A stretch of 64,000 nucleotides of DNA from an uncultured Chthonomonadaceae bacterium. GTDB taxonomy: Bacteria > Armatimonadota > Chthonomonadetes > Chthonomonadales > Chthonomonadaceae. Under the pieces are notes generated by a model, which was given only the letters and a program-made list of their open reading frames with translations, had not been told where the DNA came from and did no database searches. Below are positions 10,309-20,178 of the stretch, piece by piece (positions within the stretch are counted from its first letter, which is position 1; every line of letters starts with the position of its first letter). Where the stretch lies: positions 512,001 to 576,000 of the forward strand of contig CAWFQB010000003.1 of the NCBI GenBank assembly GCA_963817895.1, read 5' to 3'. The translations under genes were made by a program, and so were the position numbers.

Positions 10309-10386
10309 ACCTTTATTATAGAGGGTTTTGCTGAAATTGTCAATATCGCCGCGCAAGGTCAAGCCAATGAGAAACGTGGTCATTAG
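10132..10386 (+). CDS. Small membrane peptide, candidate type I toxin (may really end at TAA 10251-10253)
   Basis: Strong SD AAAGGAG. MTSFLFWLAVAANVVTLGTAIYLLCRWIKRQQRKRQRRRSK is one TM helix plus a polybasic tail. Confidence 0.6.
   Translation: MTSFLFWLAVAANVVTLGTAIYLLCRWIKRQQRKRQRRRSKVVESLGRSCRGLYIFGRDTFIIEGFAEIVNIAAQGQANEKRGH
10315..10343 (-). promoter_or_regulatory. Consensus sigma70 promoter antisense to the small peptide ORF
   Basis: Minus strand reads TTGACA-atttcagcaaaaccctc (17 nt)-TATAAT. Confidence 0.75.
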
Positions 10387-10544
10387 CAGGTAATTTCTTG
10401 ACGCGAACTCTGATAGCGCAGGAGTTCGCGTTGTGAAACGCGAATGAAGACGCGCCTTTATCGTAAATTTTTCGCCGCCATCGTCCTGCCGCCCACTTCA
10501 AACCATAATCGGTGACGGCTGCGCAGGTTCATTAAGGAGTTGAC

Positions 10545-12207
<1,663 letters not shown>

Positions 12208-12317
12208 ATATGCTACTTGAACAACTTTACAAGTACCAGTTTAACATTAACCTTTGGCTCTTCGAGACTGAGGTTGTTGCGAGAACCGAAATTTGTTCTT
12301 AAGCAGGTAATAAGTAA

Positions 12318-12348
12318 CAACGGGCAGGAATGTTGTTCCTGCCCGTTG
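12318..12348. terminator. Hairpin terminator between convergent pgi and AIPR genes
   Basis: CAACGGGCAGGAA-tgttg-TTCCTGCCCGTTG. Confidence 0.65.
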
Positions 12349-12377
12349 CTTCACATATTGCTGTATGAAACAGCCCA

Positions 12378-13586
12378 TTATGCTTTGGGGAGGCTGGGCA
12401 TTGTTACGGCCTGATGGATAACAACTGCTTGGTACAATTTTTGCCAGTGGCTTTGACTTTTGCCAATGGAATCTGGCTTGCGGCCTAATTCATCACTGGT
12501 TTCTTTGGTTGCTTGTATTAACTGAACAGCCACACTACTCCACAGTGCCAGCACATCATGAAAGCTTCCGCGCCATTTGCAGTCCCCGGTTTCGGGATCA
12601 TCTACGACCATCCAGCGAAAAGCGGCAAGCATTGGAAACAGTACCCCTCGAAATAGTCGGCATGTTGCCTTGTCATTAATGAAAGGAAACTCAAATGGTT
12701 CTTTGCCAGCATTCTCGATAAATGTAAGAGAAGCGGCCTTACGATTGCCACCCGATGCGTTCCAGAGCTTACGCGCCTGAGAGCTAACAGTGTCGTGAAG
12801 TTTGAGAATGTCCTTAAGAATTGGCCGTAAACGTTTATAAGAGTTTGGGTCTTTCAAATAACTGTTAAGCACATTCTCCTTTCCAGTGTATGCTCTCACC
12901 GGGTGTACCGTTTTGGCATGTGGATACAGAGTGGTATTGAACAGTTCTAAAAACCTCAGTATATCGGCTACATCATAAATACCCTCATCATTCTGCCGAA
13001 AAGCAATCTGACTCAGGTAGGGTTCATCCTTAAGTTCTTCCTTCATCCAGTCGAACTTATCGGCGTAGTTTGCAAGCGTCATTTCATTCACTTGCACCGC
13101 CTTATTAAGGCCGCCCGCTATTTCTGTTGCTAGAGAGGAATCAACACCCGTTAATATCTCAAATTTTACGAACTGAACAATCTTGTTTTCAGAGGATGTA
13201 TTGCTCTCGACAATGTGCGCCTGATTTCCGCGTATGATCTCGTATGTATGTCCGCCATCCACGATTCCCTGCACATCGGACTCACTCGACGAGAAGTAAA
13301 CATCGTAAAAATCGTCATCGCGCTTTGTGACTTTATCAGCCAGAACCGTGATCCCCTTATTTTTTAAATGGAAGGTGTTGGACGTTCCATCCTCATTGCG
13401 CAGATGGCGGGCGACTTCTTTGTAGATGCGTTTGTCAATGTTCTGGGAACGAACGTTAGACTTGTCTTTGGGGATGTTCGTCGGTACGTCTTCCACATTG
13501 CAAAGCAGAATGTGGCGTTCCGCACCGGGCAGAACGGGATCGGGGATACGACGCGCAAAGCGGACTTTGAAGGTGCAAACAGTCAT
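12378..13586 (-). CDS. AIPR family protein (abortive-infection phage resistance, ParB-like fold)
   Basis: NVR, FHLKNKGIT, IVDGGHT and GLN..VQV motifs; visibly AT-richer than its neighbours. Confidence 0.8.
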   Translation of the reverse strand: MTVCTFKVRFARRIPDPVLPGAERHILLCNVEDVPTNIPKDKSNVRSQNIDKRIYKEVARHLRNEDGTSNTFHLKNKGITVLADKVTKRDDDFYDVYFSSSESDVQGIVDGGHTYEIIRGNQAHIVESNTSSENKIVQFVKFEILTGVDSSLATEIAGGLNKAVQVNEMTLANYADKFDWMKEELKDEPYLSQIAFRQNDEGIYDVADILRFLELFNTTLYPHAKTVHPVRAYTGKENVLNSYLKDPNSYKRLRPILKDILKLHDTVSSQARKLWNASGGNRKAASLTFIENAGKEPFEFPFINDKATCRLFRGVLFPMLAAFRWMVVDDPETGDCKWRGSFHDVLALWSSVAVQLIQATKETSDELGRKPDSIGKSQSHWQKLYQAVVIHQAVTMPSLPKA

Positions 13587-13674
13587 TGTATATTTCTCCC
13601 TGCATGTCAGTTCCACTGACTGCAAAAACATGTGTAGTTGCATCCACAACTCACAATTATCATCACTCACATAC

Positions 13675-13753
13675 AATATACCAGTATTTTGTACGCCCGT
13701 CAAGTCCGGTATGAAGTTGACGACTTGACAAACTACTTTAACAGGCGTACACT
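13675..13753. promoter_or_regulatory. Back-to-back sigma70 promoters for AIPR (-) and the DUF433 operon (+)
   Basis: Minus: TTGACG-17-TATATT (13703-13675). Plus: TTGACA-17-TACACT (13725-13753). Confidence 0.7.
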
Positions 13754-13802
13754 ATCCTGAAAACAAGAGCAAATCGGCTGTACCGTTTGCAAGAGCAATA
13801 AC

Positions 13803-14135
13803 ATGACTATCACAATTGAAATGCAGAAGCCGCCTATACAAATGGACGCCGATAATGTCTTGCGTGTTGGAAATACGCGCGTGACATTGGACACGGTCAT
13901 CGGTGTTTTCAACGAGGGCGCAAGTGCGGAAGAGATCGCGCAACAGTATCCTTCTCTTCATCTAGCTGATATTTATGCTGTTATCAGCTACTACCTACAA
14001 CAACGTGAGCAGGTCGAAGCCTATCTGACAGAACGACAAAAGCAGGCAGAGGAAGTGCGCTGCCTAAACGAAGCGAAATTCAGTACACAAGGACTAAGAG
14101 AAAAACTGCTCACACGTCAATCGAAAAAGATTTAA
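13803..14135 (+). CDS. DUF433 antitoxin (VapB45-like)
   Basis: RVGNTRVTLDTVI...GASAEEIAQQYPSLHLADIYAVISYY. Confidence 0.9.
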   Translation: MTITIEMQKPPIQMDADNVLRVGNTRVTLDTVIGVFNEGASAEEIAQQYPSLHLADIYAVISYYLQQREQVEAYLTERQKQAEEVRCLNEAKFSTQGLREKLLTRQSKKI

Positions 14136-14143
14136 CATCTTTA

Positions 14144-14286
14144 GAGCGTTTAGAAAAAGTAAAATCCTGCGTTTCTATTCGGCCTCAATGTCGCCTCGCA
14201 ACGTATTGAAAGCGTTGCGCTTTCACTTCGATGATGCGCCTGCACGGGGCAAAGTAGGCATCAGAAAAGACTTTTTCTAAACGCTC
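14144..14286. mobile_element. MITE-like element, family B, inside the TA operon
   Basis: Perfect 17-bp TIR GAGCGTTTAGAAAAAGT / ACTTTTTCTAAACGCTC with a TTA direct repeat on both sides. Confidence 0.8.
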
Positions 14287-14367
14287 TTACTGAACTGTTA
14301 GGACTGAATTGTTGGCGGGCTATGGATTTAGCCACGCTGTAGAGCAGTCAGTCTGGAAAGAACGGAC

Positions 14368-14730
14368 ATGCAACAGGTATTTTTGCGTTTCGCAGCAGAC
14401 GAGAATTTCAACGAACAGATAGTGCGCGGGCTTCTCCGGCGTCAGCCTGATCTGGACATTGTGACAATTCGTGAGGCAGGACTTTCGGGCAAGACCGATC
14501 CCGCTGTACTAAAGTGGGCTGCGGATGAAAATCGTGTCGTGCTGACGCATGATGTGACAACCATGACCATGTACGCTTATAAGCGCGTAGAGCAAGGATT
14601 GGCTATGCCGGGAGTGTTCGAGGTCAAGCGCACTACGCCGTTGCTTGAGATTATTGAAAGTTTGCTGCTCATTATTTCAGCAAGCGAACCTGAAGAATGG
14701 GAAGGCCGCGTTGTTTACCTGCCGTTGTAA
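14368..14730 (+). CDS. DUF5615 PIN-like toxin (VapC45-like)
   Basis: FAADENF...DPAVLKWAADENRVVLTHD, downstream of DUF433. Confidence 0.88.
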   Translation: MQQVFLRFAADENFNEQIVRGLLRRQPDLDIVTIREAGLSGKTDPAVLKWAADENRVVLTHDVTTMTMYAYKRVEQGLAMPGVFEVKRTTPLLEIIESLLLIISASEPEEWEGRVVYLPL

Positions 14731-14778
14731 CAGGCATGTCATAAAGACAGACTTCAAACCAATAGCAGAATTTTTCTA

Positions 14779-14828
14779 AAGGTTATTTATTAAATAGCCT
14801 TGACAAAGTTCGCCTGAATTTGTATAAT
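14779..14828 (+). promoter_or_regulatory. Promoter of the ROK gene with an abutting palindromic operator; probably leaderless
   Basis: AAGGTTATTTA-T-TAAATAGCCTT palindrome runs into TTGACA-17-TATAAT; ATG is 6 nt after the -10 box. Confidence 0.7.
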
Positions 14829-14834
14829 GCCTTT

Positions 14835-16001
14835 ATGAGCAACGTTTCCCTCGTACAACCCGCGCTTTTGAGCAAAATCAATGAGCGGCAGGTGCTTCGC
14901 GCTTTGCAGGCGCAGGGGCCATTGTCGCGGGCCGAGGTTGCGCGACATTCGGGCATCAGCGCGCCCACCGCTTCCAAAGCCGTCGAGTCGCTGCTGCGTT
15001 CCGGGCTGCTGGAAGAGGGCGACGCGCCGGAAATCGCGCGTGGGCGTCCGGGCCGGAAATTGCGCCTCGCGTCCTCCCGCGTTCAGGTGTTGGGAATGGT
15101 CATAGACGCCGAACAGTGCCGCGTGGTTTCCGCCGGACTGGATGGCAAATTGCATGAAGACGGCTTCGAGTCATTCGCCACGCCTGCCACTTACGAACTG
15201 TTTATTGAGAACGCGGTTCGCTGCGCCACGCGCCTGATGCGGCGCTCAGATGTGGCGACGCTGGGCATGGCGATCAGCATCCCCGGCCTGCTCGACAGCC
15301 GCGAGAACCGCAGCCTGCTCTCCCCCAACGTTCCTCTTACCAACCAACACGCCCCCGGCGAAGACCTTGCCTATCGGCTCGGAATTGACTGTATACTGGT
15401 GCAGGAGTCCCACGCGCTTTGCCTTGCGGAACGGCATTTCGGCGCGGCGAGGGGGCTGGATAATTTCGCCATGCTGGACGTGAGTACCGGCATCGGGCTT
15501 GGCGTGATGAGCGGCGGCAGGCTGCTTACGGGACACAGCGGGCTTGCCGGGGAACTCGGACACGTCACCGTACAAATGGACGGCAGGCCGTGCGGATGCG
15601 GCAATCGGGGCTGTCTGGAAACCGTTGCCAGCGATGCCGCGCTTGCGTGGCTCGTTTCGCAGAAACTTAGCCGTAAAATAACTGTCGAAGAGACTATTGC
15701 GCGTATCCAAACCGGCGAACTCGACCTACGCGCCGAACTGGAACAAACGTGCCGCTATCTTGCGATTGGCGTAGCGGCGGTTATCAACCTGTTCAATCCG
15801 TCCACGCTGTTCGTGCATGGCAAGCTGTTCGCCGCCGATGCCGATTTGTTTCCCTGCCTGATTGATGAGACAAGACGCCGCGCCCTTCCCCCCTCCTTTG
15901 CGGATTGCCGCATTGTGCAGGCGCAGGGCAGCAAGCGGCAGGGAGCCGTCGCCGCGATTATCAATCATCTAACCAACGCCGTAGTGCCGGATATGGGTTG
16001 A
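14835..16001 (+). CDS. ROK family transcriptional regulator (XylR/NagC-like)
   Basis: N-terminal HTH (SRAEVARHSGISAPT), GRP motif and GELGH...CGCGNRGCLE. Confidence 0.93.
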   Translation: MSNVSLVQPALLSKINERQVLRALQAQGPLSRAEVARHSGISAPTASKAVESLLRSGLLEEGDAPEIARGRPGRKLRLASSRVQVLGMVIDAEQCRVVSAGLDGKLHEDGFESFATPATYELFIENAVRCATRLMRRSDVATLGMAISIPGLLDSRENRSLLSPNVPLTNQHAPGEDLAYRLGIDCILVQESHALCLAERHFGAARGLDNFAMLDVSTGIGLGVMSGGRLLTGHSGLAGELGHVTVQMDGRPCGCGNRGCLETVASDAALAWLVSQKLSRKITVEETIARIQTGELDLRAELEQTCRYLAIGVAAVINLFNPSTLFVHGKLFAADADLFPCLIDETRRRALPPSFADCRIVQAQGSKRQGAVAAIINHLTNAVVPDMG

Positions 16002-16017
16002 GACAAACAAGTATTTT

Positions 16018-18648
16018 ATGACAAACAAGTTCTTCCATAATAAATTTACGCTTCTTCTCACGCTTCCCACGCTGGCGGCAGGACTCACTATAGGCTTTGC
16101 GCAAACGCCTATAACTCACAACTCGCAGGCCAAAAACGACCGTCAGAAGGCAAACCTTGAATTTTATACCAATCAGGTTCTGCCTATTCTGAAAAACACC
16201 TGTTACAGTTGTCACGCGGGCGAAGGAACCAGTGGGCAATTGGACGTTTCCAGTCGCGCCTCTATTCTGAAGGGCGGCAGTTCCGGTCCGGGCGTCAATC
16301 TGGAAAAGCCGCAGGAGAGTTTGATTTTACGCGCCGTCAAGGGCGACGGGCGTTCCATGCCGCCGCGTAATAAACTATCGAAAGCGCAGATTGACACGCT
16401 GACGAAGTGGGTAGAAATGGGCCTGCCCATGACGGACGCGCCTAAAACCGGCAAGCCCGACACCAGTAAATCCGGCAAAGCGGACGCGGCGAATGGCAAG
16501 GCAGAAGCGGTTCCGGCAAAGCATGGCCCGCCGCCCGTGAACGCGGAAACCATGAAGTTCTGGTCGTTCCAGCCCGTGAAATGTCCGATTGTTCCCGCCG
16601 TGAAGAATAAAGCGTGGGTCACGAACCCGATTGACGCTTTCGTTCTTTCCAAACTGGAAGCCAACGGATTTGCGCCCGCCCCTGCCGCTGACAAAAATTC
16701 CCTGCTGCGCCGCGTCACCTACGATCTCATCGGGCTGCCGCCCACAGCGGAAGAAGCGCGGGCGTTTCTTGCCGATAAATCTCCCAACGCTTACGAAAAG
16801 GTTGTGGATCGCCTGCTTGCCAGCCCGCAGTATGGCGAAAAATGGGCGCGGCACTGGCTGGATTTGGTGCGCTACGCCGAAACCAACAGTTTTGAGCGCG
16901 ACAGTCCCAAGCCGTTCGTGTGGCGCTACCGGGATTATGTGATTCGCGCCCTGAACGAAGACAAGCCGTACAACCAGTTCATTCGCGAACAGCTTGCGGG
17001 CGACGAACTGCCGTCCGCTTCCGCTTCCAATGACGCGCTGATTGCCACAGGCTATTACCGTCTGGGATCGTGGGACGATGAGCCGTCCGACCCCGAACAG
17101 GCGCGTTACGATGAACTGGATGATGTTGTCGCGACAACCGGGCAGGTGTTTCTCGGCCTGACGGTGAACTGCGCCCGCTGCCACGACCACAAAATAGACC
17201 CCATTCCGCAAAAAGATTATTACCGCCTGCTCGCCTGTTTTCAGGGTACGACGCGATACGGAGGAAACGGACGTTCGCCGGAACAAAATTCCCTGCGCGT
17301 TTTGGGTTCGCCGGAAGATCGTCAGCGCGTGTTCGGAGAAGAAAACGCCTACCGCCTGAAGCTGGACACAACCCGGCAGCAGATGGCCGACATTGTGCGA
17401 TTAGTGGACAAAGATTTCGCGCCGGTGGAGAAGGAAGAGTTCCGCAACAAGCAGGCGCAGCTTGCCATTTTAGGCAAGCGCGTCCCCAAACTGCTGTCGC
17501 AGGAGCAGTTCGAGCAGTACGCTTCCCTGATGAAGCAACAGGACGCGTTGCTGAAATCGCCGCCCCGCGCCTTTGAAAAAGCCCTGTGCGTCACCGAAAC
17601 GCCGACAATCCCGCAAACAACCGTGATGCTGCGCGGCAACCCGCACGTTCCCGGCGATCCGGTTGAGCCGGGGTTCCCGTCCGTCTTAGCCCCACCCGTG
17701 CCCGATATTCACGCGCCGACCGGCAGCAGAGCGTCGTCGGGGCGTCGTCTCGCCCTCGCGGATTGGATCGCAAGCCCGAACAATCCGCTCACCGCCCGCG
17801 TGATTGTCAACCGACTGTGGCAGCACCATTTCGGCAGGGGACTCGTCCGCTCCACCTCCAATTTCGGTTTCGCCGGCGACAAGCCCACCCATCCCGAACT
17901 GCTGGACTGGCTGGCGAGCAGTTTCGTTGCGGAGGGAACAGGCTCACTCAATACCTACGGTTGCAATTGGTCTTTTAAAAAGCTGCACAAGCTGATTCTG
18001 ATGTCGAGCGCGTACCGGATGTCTACGGATTCTAACGCGAAAGCGCTGGCGAAAGACCCGGCCAATGATCTGCTGTGGCGGTTCGATATGCGGCGACTGG
18101 ATGCGGAAGAGGTGCGCGATTCCATTCTGGCGGCGAACGGCAGCCTGAACCCGAAGATGTACGGGCCGAGTATCTATCCGACCATTCCCGCCGAAGTGCT
18201 GGCAGGGCAGTCGCGTCCGGGAGCGGATTGGGAGCGATCCACGCCCGAAGAAAAGGCGCGGCGCAGCGTGTACATTCACATCAAGCGTTCGCTGACGGTT
18301 CCCATTCTCGCCAGTTTCGATGTGGCGGATACGGATTCGACATGCCCCGTTCGGTTCGCGACCACGCAGCCCACGCAGGCGCTCGGCTTTCTCAACAGCG
18401 CGTTCATCAACGAGCAGGCGCAGGTATTTGCCGACTTCGTGAAGAAACAGGCAGGCGCAGACGCGACAAAGCAGGTGACATTGACCCTGCACCGCGTCCT
18501 GCAACGCGAACCCAACGCAGCGGAAGTGACTCGCGGCTGCAAATTCCTGCAAACCATGCAGCAAAAGCATCATTACACGGCAGACGAGGCGTTGAAGGCG
18601 TACTGCATCGTGGCTCTCAACCTGAACGAATTTATTTATTTGGATTGA
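16018..18648 (+). CDS. Planctomycete cytochrome c / PSD1 (DUF1549-DUF1553) protein
   Basis: Signal peptide, CYSCH and CARCHDHK haem motifs, NPIDAF, YGEKWARHWLDLVRYA, NPLTARVIVNRLWQHHFG and PTHPELLDWLA. Confidence 0.93.
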   Translation: MTNKFFHNKFTLLLTLPTLAAGLTIGFAQTPITHNSQAKNDRQKANLEFYTNQVLPILKNTCYSCHAGEGTSGQLDVSSRASILKGGSSGPGVNLEKPQESLILRAVKGDGRSMPPRNKLSKAQIDTLTKWVEMGLPMTDAPKTGKPDTSKSGKADAANGKAEAVPAKHGPPPVNAETMKFWSFQPVKCPIVPAVKNKAWVTNPIDAFVLSKLEANGFAPAPAADKNSLLRRVTYDLIGLPPTAEEARAFLADKSPNAYEKVVDRLLASPQYGEKWARHWLDLVRYAETNSFERDSPKPFVWRYRDYVIRALNEDKPYNQFIREQLAGDELPSASASNDALIATGYYRLGSWDDEPSDPEQARYDELDDVVATTGQVFLGLTVNCARCHDHKIDPIPQKDYYRLLACFQGTTRYGGNGRSPEQNSLRVLGSPEDRQRVFGEENAYRLKLDTTRQQMADIVRLVDKDFAPVEKEEFRNKQAQLAILGKRVPKLLSQEQFEQYASLMKQQDALLKSPPRAFEKALCVTETPTIPQTTVMLRGNPHVPGDPVEPGFPSVLAPPVPDIHAPTGSRASSGRRLALADWIASPNNPLTARVIVNRLWQHHFGRGLVRSTSNFGFAGDKPTHPELLDWLASSFVAEGTGSLNTYGCNWSFKKLHKLILMSSAYRMSTDSNAKALAKDPANDLLWRFDMRRLDAEEVRDSILAANGSLNPKMYGPSIYPTIPAEVLAGQSRPGADWERSTPEEKARRSVYIHIKRSLTVPILASFDVADTDSTCPVRFATTQPTQALGFLNSAFINEQAQVFADFVKKQAGADATKQVTLTLHRVLQREPNAAEVTRGCKFLQTMQQKHHYTADEALKAYCIVALNLNEFIYLD

Positions 18649-18651
18649 TTC

Positions 18652-18880
18652 TACCTCACCCCCGACCCCTCTCCTGACCGCGCAACGCGCTAGGAGAGGG
18701 GAGGCAGGTACAGGTAAATGTTCAGTAAAACGTCTCACCGTTACCTTGTGAAAAAGGAATTCAGTTACTCAAGTACAGGTGTACCACCTATTCAACTTGC
18801 TTCTTACACATAGGCTGTAATCAACAGTCTCCCCTCTCCTGGCGCGTTGCGCGGCCAGAAGAGGGGCCGGGGGTGAGGTA
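18652..18880. repeat. Inverted doublet of a 52-bp CCTCACCCCC..CCCCTCTCC-type palindromic repeat
   Basis: Arms at 18652-18703 and 18829-18880 are reverse complements with 4 mismatches. Confidence 0.85.
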
Positions 18881-18885
18881 AAAAC

Positions 18886-20163
18886 GTGACGTTCACCAGA
18901 CGACAACTTCTAAACAGCACTACCGCCGCAGTACTCGCCGGGAACAGTCTTGCGGCAATGGCGGCTCGCGCCGAAGGAGAAACGCGCAATTTCGGATTGG
19001 CGGACGGGGATATAGTTGTCTTTGTTGGCGACAGCATTACACAGGCAGGCGGGTATATCCACTATGTTGACGCTTATCTGCGGACGCGCTTCCCGGAGAA
19101 AACATTCCGGCTCATCAATTCCGGGCGCAGCAGCGAAACGCTCGCGGGCATGACGGAAGCGGACCATCCCGGTCCGCGCCCTCTCTTGTTCGACCGGTTT
19201 GACCGCGATGTGGCGGATTACGACCCGAACATTGTTGTCGCCTGCTATGGCATGAACGACGGCATTTACCATCCCCTCGGCGCGGAGCGGTTCGACCGTT
19301 TCAAGCGTGGCGTACAGGGCTTGATTGACCGCCTGCATGAGCGAACCAAAGCGCGGCTTGTCCTGCTGACGCCGCCCGTTTGTGATACACTAAACGCGGG
19401 ACAGCCCGACGAACGCCCGGATGAGAGTTATGGTTACAAGCAGCCGTATGCCGGTTACGATCAGGTGTTGGCGAAGTACGCGGAGTGGGAACGCGGCCTG
19501 CATGTCAATGGCGTCACCGTCATAGATTTGCACACGCGCTTCAAAAACCATCTGCTGACGCGACGCAAAACCGACCCGAATTTTAGGATGCAGGGCGACT
19601 CCATTCATCCTGACGCCACAGGACATTTGCTGATTGCCATGACGTTGTTGCAGGCGTGGAACGCGCCCGCGCTTGTGGATGAGGCGCATATAGACTCGCA
19701 GGGCAACAAAGTTCTGGCGGGCAATGTGAGCCGCCTGTCGGTAGATGTGTCGGGAACCAATTTCAACTGGACAACCCACCTGCCCATGCCCGTTGATCCA
19801 AATTGGGACAGCGACTCGCTTACGCTGGAAAAATTCGCGCAAGCGTTGAACAAACACACGCTCTCCGTAACACGGTTGCGTCTGCCCGCTTATCAAATGT
19901 ATATCAACGACGTAGATTGCGGACGCTTCCTGCCCAATCCACTCAAAGCCGGATTGGACATGAACGCCCTGCCCGACAGTCCCATTGCAGCCCAAAGCCG
20001 GATGATTTTACCGCTCGTGCAGCAGTGGCACAGTTTGGGCTACGCGCCCTATCATAAAACCAACCGCGCTGCCGCAGAACCCGCGCGAAACCTACTTGAA
20101 GCCAAATTGCGCGATTTTTGCAGGCCGGTTACGCTTGCTGTTCGTTTGATACCGACAACATAA
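18886..20163 (+). CDS. SGNH/GDSL hydrolase, Tat-exported
   Basis: TRRQLL twin-arginine signal, GDSIT, YGMNDG and DSIHP. Confidence 0.9.
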   Translation: MTFTRRQLLNSTTAAVLAGNSLAAMAARAEGETRNFGLADGDIVVFVGDSITQAGGYIHYVDAYLRTRFPEKTFRLINSGRSSETLAGMTEADHPGPRPLLFDRFDRDVADYDPNIVVACYGMNDGIYHPLGAERFDRFKRGVQGLIDRLHERTKARLVLLTPPVCDTLNAGQPDERPDESYGYKQPYAGYDQVLAKYAEWERGLHVNGVTVIDLHTRFKNHLLTRRKTDPNFRMQGDSIHPDATGHLLIAMTLLQAWNAPALVDEAHIDSQGNKVLAGNVSRLSVDVSGTNFNWTTHLPMPVDPNWDSDSLTLEKFAQALNKHTLSVTRLRLPAYQMYINDVDCGRFLPNPLKAGLDMNALPDSPIAAQSRMILPLVQQWHSLGYAPYHKTNRAAAEPARNLLEAKLRDFCRPVTLAVRLIPTT

Positions 20164-20178
20164 GGGAAAGCACCCAAC

